A stretch of 31,854 nucleotides of DNA, taken from Thermoproteota archaeon (GTDB taxonomy: Archaea > Asgardarchaeota > Jordiarchaeia > Jordiarchaeales > Freyrarchaeaceae). The notes below the pieces were generated by a model. The model saw only the letters and a program-made list of their open reading frames with translations, had not been told where the DNA came from and did not search any database. Both the position numbers and the translations under genes were made by a program. Below, one piece after another: positions 1 through 8,831 of the stretch. The DNA lies in the NCBI GenBank assembly GCA_029258835.1, contig JAPDJY010000057.1:1-31854 (forward strand). The letters are read 5' to 3'. How positions within the stretch are numbered: position 1 is the first letter of the stretch; each line of letters begins with the position of its first letter.

Positions 1-951
1 GTACGTTCTCTCAGCAGTCGAGGTGGCTACGGCAATCCTCAAGAATCACAGGAAAGCTAAGAGGAGAAATCCGAATGTTAAGGTTCCTAGAGGCAGAAAG
101 CTCGTGGCTAAGACCGGAAAGCAAGCAATCAAAATAGTTGATGGGAGGCTTAGGAATACCCTTAAGGCCTAGAGAGTTCTTTTTTACGTGGAGCTTCACA
201 AGAGAGCCAAGAGACTTCTAGGAAAAACATAGGATTGGCTCGGTAACTCTGACTTCCAGCACGGTCTACGTAGCCTTCTCTAAGACGGTCAGAGTGGAGG
301 AGCCTAGAGGCTGGATCGCTATGGACGTGAACGAGGATCGCAGCCGTAAGCTCTGATGGTGAGGTTAAGGTCTTCGACCTCTCCAAGTTGAAGGAGGCCG
401 TGTACGGACACTTCGAAAGAAGGAGAAGTCTTCAGTGGAGATATCATAAGATAGAAGAGTGTTGAGGAAGGCTCTTTCAAAGCTGTCTAGGAACTACCGT
501 AACAAGGTTTCCACCATGTTTCACCAAGCCTCAAAACGCGTAGTAGAATGGTGTAGAGAGAAGAATTATGGGGTTTAATCCATGAGAACCTGAAGGGCTT
601 AAGAAAAACCGTGAATGCGAAGGCTAAAAGGTTCAACAAGTTTAACTGTAAAGTTCAGCGAATTTCCAAACGCTCTAAGAGACTCAGGAGGAGATTGAAC
701 AACTGGTGGTTTAGGAAGTTCCTCAACCAGATAGAGTACAAAGCCCTCTGGAGGATGTTAAAACCATAGAGAGCCAACACATCAGAGGCTCCTCATCCAC
801 CTGCCCGATATGTGGGTTCAGACTGAAGAAATACCCGAATAGGCAGGTGAGATGTGAGGAGCATGGCTTGATGAACAGGCATGTGGTGGCTTGCTTGAAC
901 CTCCTCAGATGGGGGTGTCTTGGTTCGCCCTCGACCGCCCCTCACGTGTAG
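1..951 (+). pseudogene. tnpB: TnpB/Cas12f-like RNA-guided nuclease pseudogene (IS200/IS605-type), 5'-truncated by the window, multiple frameshifts
   Basis: Manual translation across frameshifts gives RuvC-I 'GWIAMDVNED', RuvC-II 'LIHENLKGL', 'RRRLNNWWFRKFLNQIEYKA', a Zn ribbon 'SSTCPICG...RCEEHG' and RuvC-III 'MNRHVVACLNL'. The last frame stops at TAG 949-951. Confidence 0.88.
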
Positions 952-1052
952 CCGTGAACCCAGCCCTAACAAGCCCTATGGCGATGAGGAAAAGCTTGGG
1001 TAAGCAAAAGAGGGAAGGTAACCACGTATCTCCCGAAGAGTTACCAGAACCA
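905..1052 (+). ncRNA. Putative omegaRNA (reRNA) scaffold / IS right end
   Basis: Overlaps the tnpB 3' end. Pairings include GGGGGTG/CGCCCTC, ACCCAG/TTGGGT and a subterminal GGTAAC(1017-1022)/GTTACC(1040-1045) stem. Boundaries are approximate. Confidence 0.45.
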
Positions 1053-1114
1053 AGTTTCGAAAAGAATAAATATTTTTACTCATAGTTTGGTTTTGGTTAT
1101 CTAGCAGATGACAG

Positions 1115-1253
1115 CCCCCCGTAGCTCAGTGGTAGAGCGCTCGGCTGTAGTGCTGCGCCATGAGGCGTGGCAACTCAGCGGGTAGCTCGGACAATAGAGG
1201 ATAACATGGCAGACACCGAGTGGTCCCCGGTTCAAATCCGGGCGGGGGGACCA
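1115..1253 (+). tRNA. tRNA-Tyr(GTA) with a 64-nt canonical 37/38 intron (1151-1214) and encoded CCA
   Basis: Acceptor stem CCCCCCG/CGGGGGG, C1-G72 and A73 (archaeal Tyr identity). Anticodon stem CTCGG/CCGAG. T-arm CCCGG TTCAAAT CCGGG. Central BHB helix CTGT/GCAG. Mature length 75 nt. Confidence 0.93.
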
Positions 1254-1260
1254 CTTTTCT

Positions 1261-1280
1261 TTAGCTGGTTTTAGCTGGTT
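1261..1280. repeat. Tandem 10-bp direct repeat TTAGCTGGTT x2 just after tRNA-Tyr
   Basis: Read directly from the sequence. Confidence 0.6.
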
Positions 1281-1335
1281 TTTAAGAGTAACTTAATTAA
1301 GTTAGCATCCTTGATTTTTATTGTAAGGTTTAGAC

Positions 1336-1941
1336 ATGGAGGTTCTATGTTTGCCTGGGTGGGAGGAACGTTTTCGAGGACAGAATACTGATTTGGAGAG
1401 ATTGCTTAACGCTTTCGCCGATGAGCTGGGTAAGAGTGGCTTTAAGGTTAAGGTAAATAGGAAGAGGATGTCCCTTGAAGCAACTTTGGAAACCCCTGTT
1501 GATAAGAGCTGGGGGCAGGTCGTGGTTTCGGGAACCCCTAACGATTTTACCCTTAGGATGGACTGGGATGCCGATCTCCGTAAGCTGTTCTGGGTGGATT
1601 TGGCCTCTAAGGCTTCACGGATAGTGTCTTCGGTGAGCAGTCCTCCTCCTGCAAGGGAGGTTGCTTCTTGGTCTCCGGCGGAGGAGATTACAGGGGAGGC
1701 TCCGTTGGGTTATGTTCATCCCGAGCTGGCAGAGTTAAGAAGGAAAGTGGAGGTTGAACTTGACGGTAAAAGAAGTGTCTTTTTGGCGCAGGCGGACACC
1801 CTTGAAAGGGAAGGTAATGTTGATGATGCGGCTGTTATGTATTTAAAGGCAGCTGTGATATCGCGAGAGCTCGGGGAGAAAGTTTACGCTGAAGAGTTTG
1901 AGAGGAGGGCTGAGGAGTTAAAACGGTCGAAGAAGAAGTAG
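1336..1941 (+). CDS. Hypothetical protein: alpha/beta N-domain, Pro/Ser linker, C-terminal MIT/TPR-like helical bundle
   Basis: 201-aa ORF with an ATG start. C-terminus 'LAQADTLEREGNVDDAAVMYLKAA...EFERRAEELK'. Confidence 0.75.
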   Translation: MEVLCLPGWEERFRGQNTDLERLLNAFADELGKSGFKVKVNRKRMSLEATLETPVDKSWGQVVVSGTPNDFTLRMDWDADLRKLFWVDLASKASRIVSSVSSPPPAREVASWSPAEEITGEAPLGYVHPELAELRRKVEVELDGKRSVFLAQADTLEREGNVDDAAVMYLKAAVISRELGEKVYAEEFERRAEELKRSKKK

Positions 1942-2046
1942 CTACCCTTTCTTTTCTTTAGTTGTGCTGAATGGGGAGGAATGCTTCTTTTCCTTTTCTT
2001 TTTTGTGGAGTTCAGCCCACTTGTCGAGGAGTTCCAACACGTACAT
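1942..2046 (-). CDS. Possible 34-aa basic small protein (MYVLELLDKWAELHKKEKEKKHSSPFSTTKEKKG)
   Basis: ATG preceded by GGAG. It fills the gap, and its stop abuts the convergent gene's stop. Below the ORF-track cutoff. Confidence 0.3.
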   Translation of the reverse strand: MYVLELLDKWAELHKKEKEKKHSSPFSTTKEKKG

Positions 2047-2112
2047 TGTGGGTCTCCGATCGTCTTTGATTGAAGGTTTTTTATTTTTATTGTTGATGGA
2101 CTTTCCCGGGGT

Positions 2113-2694
2113 TTACTCCATTGTTCTCAGGAATAATTCGGCCTTTTTTCTGAATCGGTAGAAAGAGAGGAATAGGAAAATTGGTGTTGCCATTATGGCG
2201 GATATTACTGGAACTATGAAGACTGGGCTGTTGAATATTGAGTAGTTGCTGTTAAGGTTTCCCCATATGAAGCATATTAGGGTGACGTAGCCAGCGTAGA
2301 GAAGGGAGGCAACGCCGTACGCTATGTATTTCCAGTCTTCCCACAGTTCCCCCTTGGCGACAAGCGACGTTAACCCCCATGTTTGAATGAACGCTAGGGT
2401 AAATAGTAGGAGGCCTGCTGAGAGGAGGAAAGTTATTATGGGTTCCAGGAGAGGGTGCAACTTGAAGAACTCCTTTAAAGGGAGTATATCTGTTATGGGT
2501 TGCAGGAAAATGCTCACATTGTTGATTTGGCTTTCTATAGCTACCGGCTTTTGAAACACTACTTCATACTTTACTGAAGGCGTTAATAAGGCTCCTAAGA
2601 GTGGCGCTAACACAATAACTACTACGATTATTTTTGCAAGAAAGCTATTATTTTTTTTCTTTTTAAAGGTCGGTAGCCTCTTCGGATGGTTCAA
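2113..2694 (-). CDS. Hypothetical membrane protein (about 4 TM segments)
   Basis: 193-aa ORF with a basic N-terminus followed by four hydrophobic stretches. Confidence 0.7.
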   Translation of the reverse strand: MNHPKRLPTFKKKKNNSFLAKIIVVVIVLAPLLGALLTPSVKYEVVFQKPVAIESQINNVSIFLQPITDILPLKEFFKLHPLLEPIITFLLSAGLLLFTLAFIQTWGLTSLVAKGELWEDWKYIAYGVASLLYAGYVTLICFIWGNLNSNYSIFNSPVFIVPVISAIMATPIFLFLSFYRFRKKAELFLRTME

Positions 2695-2714
2695 CCTTTC
2701 GCTCTGCCTCCACC

Positions 2715-3578
2715 CTAACTTTCTCTTTTAACCCAGATGACATCGTCTCCGAGAATGCTTAAAAGGTAGCGTAGCCTCTCATACCTTAGTCCTAAGGCAT
2801 CTGCCACCTCCCTTACGCTTCGGGTACCGTCACAGAGAAACTTTAATTCCCTGTAAAGACGGACATATTTCTCACTGAGGCCGAATAGAAGGAGCTTACC
2901 GGCATTAACTCGCTTAATAATTGGGCAAAGCTCCACTTTTTTAACTATTTCAAGTGCAAGGAAACGTCTTAAAATGTTTACGCATTTTTCAACAGGGATC
3001 CCGGTCAATTCGCTTATGATCAGAACAGACCGATTTCCATCGATTTCATTTAGAACCCTCAGCTCGTCCTCCCCCAAATCTTCTGGCAGCTCTTGTTTGA
3101 GTGAAAAAACATCCCATGGTTGAACATCCAACTTATCACTAAATGGAATATATTCTCCTTCTAGGGAAATGGAGCTTAGAGTGTTAAGGATCTTCTCCAC
3201 TTTCCTGGCAAGACGCAGGATAAGCGGGGTCTTTGTTATGAGGGGGGCGACTGTCCCCTTACTCTGAGCTGCTAAAATAGCTGAATCCGAAATCTTCCAG
3301 AGGATTACAGGAACGCTCTCATCGGGTATAACATAGCTACCGACGGGGATAGAGGAAGACTTTTCCTTCACATAGGAAGACACGGATTTCATTACAATCT
3401 TACTGAAAAAGGAGTTTGCGTACATAACACGGCCTTTAAGATCTAGAAAACATAGGCCTACAGCAGTAGCCGAGTCACGTAGCATCCTCGCTACTCTAGA
3501 AGTAAAACGTTTAAGAGCGTTTATACCTCTTTCATAATCCCCCATCCCCTCATCGGCATACTCATGATATGTTTTCAT
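2715..3578 (-). CDS. Roadblock/longin-like N-domain plus tandem winged-helix repeats (NPRL2-like architecture)
   Basis: Repeats 'VLNEIDGNRSVLIISELTGIP' and 'LCDGTRSVREVADALGL'. Start chosen at ATG 3578 (GGAGGG upstream) rather than 3665. Confidence 0.6.
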   Translation of the reverse strand: MKTYHEYADEGMGDYERGINALKRFTSRVARMLRDSATAVGLCFLDLKGRVMYANSFFSKIVMKSVSSYVKEKSSSIPVGSYVIPDESVPVILWKISDSAILAAQSKGTVAPLITKTPLILRLARKVEKILNTLSSISLEGEYIPFSDKLDVQPWDVFSLKQELPEDLGEDELRVLNEIDGNRSVLIISELTGIPVEKCVNILRRFLALEIVKKVELCPIIKRVNAGKLLLFGLSEKYVRLYRELKFLCDGTRSVREVADALGLRYERLRYLLSILGDDVIWVKRES

Positions 3579-3709
3579 TAAGAAACCCTCCACGTATAAA
3601 ACTGAAATCCATTGTTTAAGACTTAACTGAAAAGTAAAGTTAACTCTTATATTAGTTTTTCTCAACCTACTAAGAGCATATAGGAGGCCGCTTAATCTTT
3701 AATCTTAAC

Positions 3710-3735
3710 TCTATCACATTTCCTTATGTGATAGA
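3710..3735. promoter_or_regulatory. Perfect 10-bp inverted repeat TCTATCACAT-N6-ATGTGATAGA; candidate operator or hairpin
   Basis: Intergenic and upstream of 2715-3578. Function is inferred. Confidence 0.45.
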
Positions 3736-3848
3736 TAAACTGAAGGGTTTCTTTAGAAACTTTCTAACCTGCTATTAGGCAACTGGGAACACCCTAGACA
3801 AGCTTAAATGAATAAGAATAACAAACAAGTATGAAACAGAAGAGAATG

Positions 3849-4244
3849 CTACACGTAAAATACGTCGCGTTTTAGGGTGAAAAGTTTCTCCATGAACTTT
3901 CTACTTATGACACCTACGACGCGTCCTTCATGACAGACAGCTAACCTGCTAGCGTTCGTTTTAAGGAAAACTTTTCTAACTTCTTCTAAGGGTGCGTCCT
4001 TATCGACCATGTAGACGGGAGAGGCCATTATTTCCTCGGCGATCGTGTCAGCCGGGTTCCCTCCCTCAGCCACGAACTGGAAGATTTGCCTGTCGGTTAT
4101 TAACCCTACAATCTCGCCGTTTTCATCCTCTACGAGAACGGAGCCCACCTCTTCCTCCACCATTTTCCTAGCAACTTCACACAGGGTGTCATCAACCTTG
4201 CAGGTCACAACGTTACGCCTAGCTATGTCGTATGCCCTTGACAC
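3849..4244 (-). CDS. CBS domain pair protein
   Basis: 'EVGSVLVEDENGEIVGLITDRQI' and 'VVGVISRK' CBS motifs; GAGGAGG RBS. Confidence 0.9.
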   Translation of the reverse strand: MSRAYDIARRNVVTCKVDDTLCEVARKMVEEEVGSVLVEDENGEIVGLITDRQIFQFVAEGGNPADTIAEEIMASPVYMVDKDAPLEEVRKVFLKTNASRLAVCHEGRVVGVISRKFMEKLFTLKRDVFYV

Positions 4245-4453
4245 AAAACACCCTCCTCAAACTTCGGGTTCACAGCCACTTTCACTAACTATGACTATAA
4301 TAATATGCTTTACGTTAAAGCAGGGGTATACAAATAAAATGCTTACGAGGCGCCAAACGGCTACGAGTCCACCTTTGGGGGGAGTCCTGATTCCCTCATT
4401 TAGGGGGAGGAAATAAGAAGGGTTTACGTGAAGTAAGGTTTGCGACGGAATGG

Positions 4454-5395
4454 TTATTTCTCAGCGTGTTCAAGCTCGTAGTCATATTCCGTCTTAATGT
4501 TTAACTTGTGGAAGCATTCATTTATCTCCTCCAAGCTCTCAGTGTCTACTATCATTTTGGCAAGAGGGCTAAGAGAGAAGACGATTTTCGTATCTAAATA
4601 AAATGTTAGAGTTGAAAGAATTGAAAGGTTTACTCTTCTTTCCCCTCCCCTTATTTTCACGGTGCCTTCAACCCCCATCCATGCCAGAAGGGGGAGGAGG
4701 CTGGCTTCGGTCTTCACAAACCTTAATGCGCTGCACATCACGCTCGCGTCTTCGGGTGTTAGGCCGCGAGCCCCAAGATAACCGCCCTTTCCAGCTATCG
4801 CCGTTAAACGTTTTAGTATTTCCTCAATAGTTAGCTCTCCGTCACATGAGGGAGCGAAAACAGCCGTGACCGTTGGGACGTTCACCATGTGTAGGGAGGC
4901 TAGCATCGTTACGTCCGACAAGGGGCTTCTAAGCCCAGGCTCGTCACCCTGTGCTAGCACGTCTCCTCCCACGTCAACGCCAACTATTAAATCTATGTTT
5001 AACCGTTTCGCTGTCTCATTAAGTCCTTCTATAACCCCCTTAACACCTTTAGAAATATCCACGATAACCGTTTTCTTTCCGAGGAACCTTGCCATGTTGC
5101 TGCATTGGAAGAAGACACCGTAGTTTGTCCTTGTGTTCTCATTCGCAAGTCCCGTGGTTTCAGATAGCCTCTCAAAGTCTACTATTTCATCCAGGCTCCT
5201 AGGTCCCGGTTTAGGATCATAAACTATTCGTTCCCATCCAACGCTTCCTAAGACCACGTTGACGCCTAACGTTTCAAGGTACCTGCCGGTTGGCAGCGCT
5301 CCGAGGATGTCTCCACCTCCTCCAATCCCTAAAACCAGCGCCTTCTTCGCTTCCTTCGCCAGCGCCTCCAAAGATCTTTTAAGCAACATGTCCAC
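4454..5395 (-). CDS. DUF1152 family protein
   Basis: 'GIGGGGD', 'VDVGGDVLA', 'LRSPLSD', 'DGEL' and 'TEAS' motifs. Confidence 0.8.
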   Translation of the reverse strand: MDMLLKRSLEALAKEAKKALVLGIGGGGDILGALPTGRYLETLGVNVVLGSVGWERIVYDPKPGPRSLDEIVDFERLSETTGLANENTRTNYGVFFQCSNMARFLGKKTVIVDISKGVKGVIEGLNETAKRLNIDLIVGVDVGGDVLAQGDEPGLRSPLSDVTMLASLHMVNVPTVTAVFAPSCDGELTIEEILKRLTAIAGKGGYLGARGLTPEDASVMCSALRFVKTEASLLPLLAWMGVEGTVKIRGGERRVNLSILSTLTFYLDTKIVFSLSPLAKMIVDTESLEEINECFHKLNIKTEYDYELEHAEK

Positions 5396-5461
5396 CTATG
5401 TGGGAAATTGAAAGAGAAAATAAGGAAATTGAAACTCCCTAAAATTTTTCAAAAATTAATG

Positions 5462-6061
5462 TTAAATTTGTTCTATAGTTTCCATCTTTAAACCTTCATT
5501 GGTTATTGTTAGGATATCTATCCCTTCACCGGATCCTATATCCCGTTTTGCGGCGGCTTTTATGGCTCTAATAGCGATCTCTCTTCCCTCCTCAACGGTT
5601 AAACCGTCTTTGTATGCCCTCTCGAGAATTCCGAAGGCGATGTATGCTCCGGAACCCACAGCAGCATACTTTTCCTTTATTATGGAACCTAGAGGGTCTA
5701 AGACGTATACTGCTGGCCCGTCCTTACCTATCCCCCCGACTATGGTTTGGGTTAGGAGGGGGGCCGTTCTCACGTTGAAGAGTATGTTCGCCATTATTTT
5801 GGCGACGGTGCGTGGCGATATGGGCTTTTTTTCCTCCATGAAGTAAATGTTTGAAATAGCCTCCAACCGTCTAGCTAAAACTTGCATGTTAGAGACTATT
5901 CCAGCACACGCCACTCCAACCTTGTCTGTTATCTTAAAGACTTTTTTGCCTTTACGGCTTAGGACGATGTCTCCCCAAGTTATTCTTTTCTCGGATGCTA
6001 GGACGACGCCGTCACTACATGTTATGCCTATGGAAGTAGCTGAGTCAGGGTAACCAGCCAT
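5462..6061 (-). CDS. psmB: Proteasome beta subunit, probably the non-catalytic type
   Basis: 'DGVVLASEKR', 'KKVFKITDKVG', 'DPLGS', 'AVGSGA', 'RDIGSG'. Has ATSIG where active subunits have G/TTTVG. Start placed at ATG 6061. Confidence 0.92.
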   Translation of the reverse strand: MAGYPDSATSIGITCSDGVVLASEKRITWGDIVLSRKGKKVFKITDKVGVACAGIVSNMQVLARRLEAISNIYFMEEKKPISPRTVAKIMANILFNVRTAPLLTQTIVGGIGKDGPAVYVLDPLGSIIKEKYAAVGSGAYIAFGILERAYKDGLTVEEGREIAIRAIKAAAKRDIGSGEGIDILTITNEGLKMETIEQI

Positions 6062-6176
6062 GGTAAAACCTCCCACTATTCAGAGGATAACTAACTAAAT
6101 AAAAACCTTTTTTATAATGGCTGCCACTTTTGGGAGTAAGCAAATTGTAAGCTTTAAGGGATAAGAGGAACGAAGT

Positions 6177-7172
6177 ATGCAACCATTTAGTTCTGTGAAG
6201 AAGGTCCATGGGTCTAAGGAGCTGCTGGATATAGCCTTCCACAGAGCATCTAAGGTTAACGTGAGGTTCCTTCCTGGGGACACACCGCTTGATAAGGCTA
6301 GGAAAAGAGAGGCGGCGAGGGTCAGGTCTGCTTCGTCCATTCTAAACGCACGTCTAAAAAAGGTGGTTAATAGCTTCCCGAGTTTGGACAGGGTTCACCC
6401 GTTCTACTATGAGCTAGCGGACGTCCTTGTGGGGGTTCAGACGCTTAAAATGTACTTAGCATCGCTTGACGGAGCAACCAGAATTATTAGGCGTATCGCT
6501 GCTGAGGGTATTAGGAAGATAAGGAGGGCTCAAACACCTAGGGAAGCTGCTAAGGGCAGGATCGAGGCCTACGGTCGAATTTCATCCGTTGTTAGAAAGC
6601 TTGATGACAGGCTTGCTTTTCTAGAACGAGCACGTAAGGCTCTTTCCAAGATTCCCTCTATAAACCCGGAGAAGCCAACTATAGTTGTGGCAGGGTACCC
6701 CAACACCGGTAAAAGTTCCTTTGTGCGTGCTGCTTCCTCGGCTAAGCCCGAGATAGCTGAATACCCTTTTACGACAAAACATGTAATTCTAGGACATTTC
6801 ACAGTTAACGATAAAAGGTATCAAATAATGGATACGCCTGGAATTTTGGATCGTCCAATGAAGGATAGAAACCCCATTGAAAAGCAAGCGATAGCGGCGT
6901 TAAAGCATTTAGCTAAGGTTGTCATATTTATCGTTGACCCAACCCAGTCATGTGGTTTCCCCTTAGAGAACCAGCTAAATCTTTTAAGGGAGATTAAGGA
7001 GTTGATGTCGGGCATTCCCGTGATAACGGTGATTAACAAGGTTGACTTGGCATCTCCAGAGGAGCTGAAGGAGGCAAAGGAGCTGTTCAGCGACGCTATG
7101 GAGACGGTAGCTGCTAAGGGCATCGGAGTTAAAGAGGCCATCAGGAAAGCTGTTGAAAAAATAGAGAAGTAG
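6177..7172 (+). CDS. NOG1 family (OBG-like) GTP-binding protein
   Basis: 'HPFYYEL', G1 'GYPNTGKSS', 'YPFTT', G3 'DTPG', G4 'NKVD'. Confidence 0.93.
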   Translation: MQPFSSVKKVHGSKELLDIAFHRASKVNVRFLPGDTPLDKARKREAARVRSASSILNARLKKVVNSFPSLDRVHPFYYELADVLVGVQTLKMYLASLDGATRIIRRIAAEGIRKIRRAQTPREAAKGRIEAYGRISSVVRKLDDRLAFLERARKALSKIPSINPEKPTIVVAGYPNTGKSSFVRAASSAKPEIAEYPFTTKHVILGHFTVNDKRYQIMDTPGILDRPMKDRNPIEKQAIAALKHLAKVVIFIVDPTQSCGFPLENQLNLLREIKELMSGIPVITVINKVDLASPEELKEAKELFSDAMETVAAKGIGVKEAIRKAVEKIEK

Positions 7173-7246
7173 AATGGGGAAAGTGTAGATAGAGAGGGAG
7201 GTTAACGAGAAATTAGAAGCAATTGAAGTGTGGAGAATAGCTTATG

Positions 7247-8320
7247 TTAAAGGTTTTCATTTTCCAGACCCAACCCTTCAACTTCTACTATTCCCGCCTC
7301 ATCCTTTCCCCCTTCAACATTGAACTTTACACCAAGTATCATTTCGGTTATTTGGATGTTTGTTAGCAGGTGGAGGGTGAGCTTTGACACCTTAACTTCC
7401 GAGGTGCCTTCAGCCACTGCTATGAAGGGTATGATCATGTCGCCCATGTGCCTGTCAATTGGAGCGCCGCTCCTCACCTCCTCTAGGAACTTACTTGCTG
7501 CGTCTTCACCCACCTTCTCTGCTGGCTTCCCCCGCTCTCCGAGGCTGTCTGCGCCTATTACGGTTCCAGCTCCGGTCTTAGCCCATAAGACTATTCCGGA
7601 TCCTGGACCGAGGTGGGGGTCGTGCCTACCGTAGGTTTCAAGGCGTATTTTCACGTCGAAGCCTTCCCGTCTAAGCAGCCTCTCCGCGCTTCTAGCCTGT
7701 CTTTCAGCCACGTGTGAAGGCAGCCTTACAGCATGGGATATACCTTCAACCAAGCCTATGCCACCTCGCTTTAATAAGCGGACTGATTTGAGTTTTTTAA
7801 CAGGAAGGATCGTTGCTTTGACGATGCCGCCCCCTTTAGGATAGTGTCCCCGCCTTTCCATCTTCAATTCTGCCTTATAGCCCATTATGCTCAGGTTTGG
7901 GAGAGCCACGTTAGAAAGATAATCTATGGGTGGACTCCAAGCCACGTCCGTCCCCCCTTTTACCTCCAACTCCATCGCTTCGGGGGCAAAGGCTGCGGCG
8001 GGCATTATCGATTGTAAAACTAGGCTTATGGATCCGGCTGTCCCAACGTCAAACCTGTATCGTCCCCCCCTTAACCCGGTTGGGCTGAAGACTATAGTTT
8101 TGGAGCCTACATGGACTCCCTCGGTTTTTGCCCTTGCTATTTCAGCGACTGCCTTTATTCCTGTTGCGTGCTGGGCTTTAAGTCCGGGATTAGGTCTTCT
8201 AGCCCTAATATTAAACACCTTTACAGGCTTTCCTATGAGGGCTGAGAGGGCTATGCTTGTACGGAGAACTTGTCCTCCACCTTCACCTATGCTTCCATCG
8301 ATCTCGATCACAGCGATCAC
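7247..8320 (-). CDS. rtcA: RNA 3'-terminal phosphate cyclase
   Basis: 'IDGSIGEGGGQVLRT', 'RPNPGLKAQH', 'GGTDVAWSP', 'RGHYPKGGG' and catalytic 'TLH'. Confidence 0.95.
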   Translation of the reverse strand: MIAVIEIDGSIGEGGGQVLRTSIALSALIGKPVKVFNIRARRPNPGLKAQHATGIKAVAEIARAKTEGVHVGSKTIVFSPTGLRGGRYRFDVGTAGSISLVLQSIMPAAAFAPEAMELEVKGGTDVAWSPPIDYLSNVALPNLSIMGYKAELKMERRGHYPKGGGIVKATILPVKKLKSVRLLKRGGIGLVEGISHAVRLPSHVAERQARSAERLLRREGFDVKIRLETYGRHDPHLGPGSGIVLWAKTGAGTVIGADSLGERGKPAEKVGEDAASKFLEEVRSGAPIDRHMGDMIIPFIAVAEGTSEVKVSKLTLHLLTNIQITEMILGVKFNVEGGKDEAGIVEVEGLGLENENL

Positions 8321-8323
8321 CTC

Positions 8324-8800
8324 TTATAAGGTTCCTTCAACGGTCAGAAGGAATTTTTTTACGTTGACGCCGCCCGTGAAACCCCCAAGCGTCTTGCTCC
8401 CGACGACCCTGTGGCAGGGTATGATTATTGGGAGAGGATTCCTTTTTAAGGCGTTCCCTACCGCCCTAGCTGCCTTAGGGCGCCCTATCTTCTCCGCTAT
8501 CTCACCGTAAGTTACCTTCTTTCCACGCGGAATCCTTCTAACTTCTTCAAGTACCATCCTTTGGAAACAGGATAGCTGTGAAAGGTCCACTGCTTCGTTG
8601 AAATCAACGTTTCCGCCTTCAAACACCTTGAATATTTTCTCAGCCACCCTTTTACACACTGGATCATCGCCGAATTCCACGTTTGGAACTAGCATCCTAA
8701 TTCTCCGTTCAGCCTCCTCACGAGTTAGGCAGGGAAGAGTTGAAGCGAGCAGACCTTTCCCTCCTCTGGCCACTGCAACGTACTTCCCATTGGACTCCAC
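8324..8800 (-). CDS. ogt: Methylated-DNA--protein-cysteine methyltransferase
   Basis: 'TYGEIA', 'ARAVGNAL' and active site 'PCHRV'. Confidence 0.93.
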   Translation of the reverse strand: MESNGKYVAVARGGKGLLASTLPCLTREEAERRIRMLVPNVEFGDDPVCKRVAEKIFKVFEGGNVDFNEAVDLSQLSCFQRMVLEEVRRIPRGKKVTYGEIAEKIGRPKAARAVGNALKRNPLPIIIPCHRVVGSKTLGGFTGGVNVKKFLLTVEGTL

Positions 8801-8831
8801 TATCGACGCAACCTTAATAGAGACCCTCCAG

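Noticed and set aside
1-1100. Cas12f CRISPR system
   Set aside because: No repeat-spacer array or other cas gene was seen in the window, so it is treated as transposon TnpB.
1151-1214. Nested introns or an alternative anticodon (CGG) in the tRNA-Tyr gene
   Set aside because: The sub-excisions I tried gave no convincing BHB together with a 7-nt loop. C1-G72 and A73 support Tyr. No C/D boxes are present.
7247-8320. rtcA as a dedicated partner of the intron-rich tRNAs
   Set aside because: rtcA is widespread in archaea and sits here with ogt and nadM; no specific linkage is visible.
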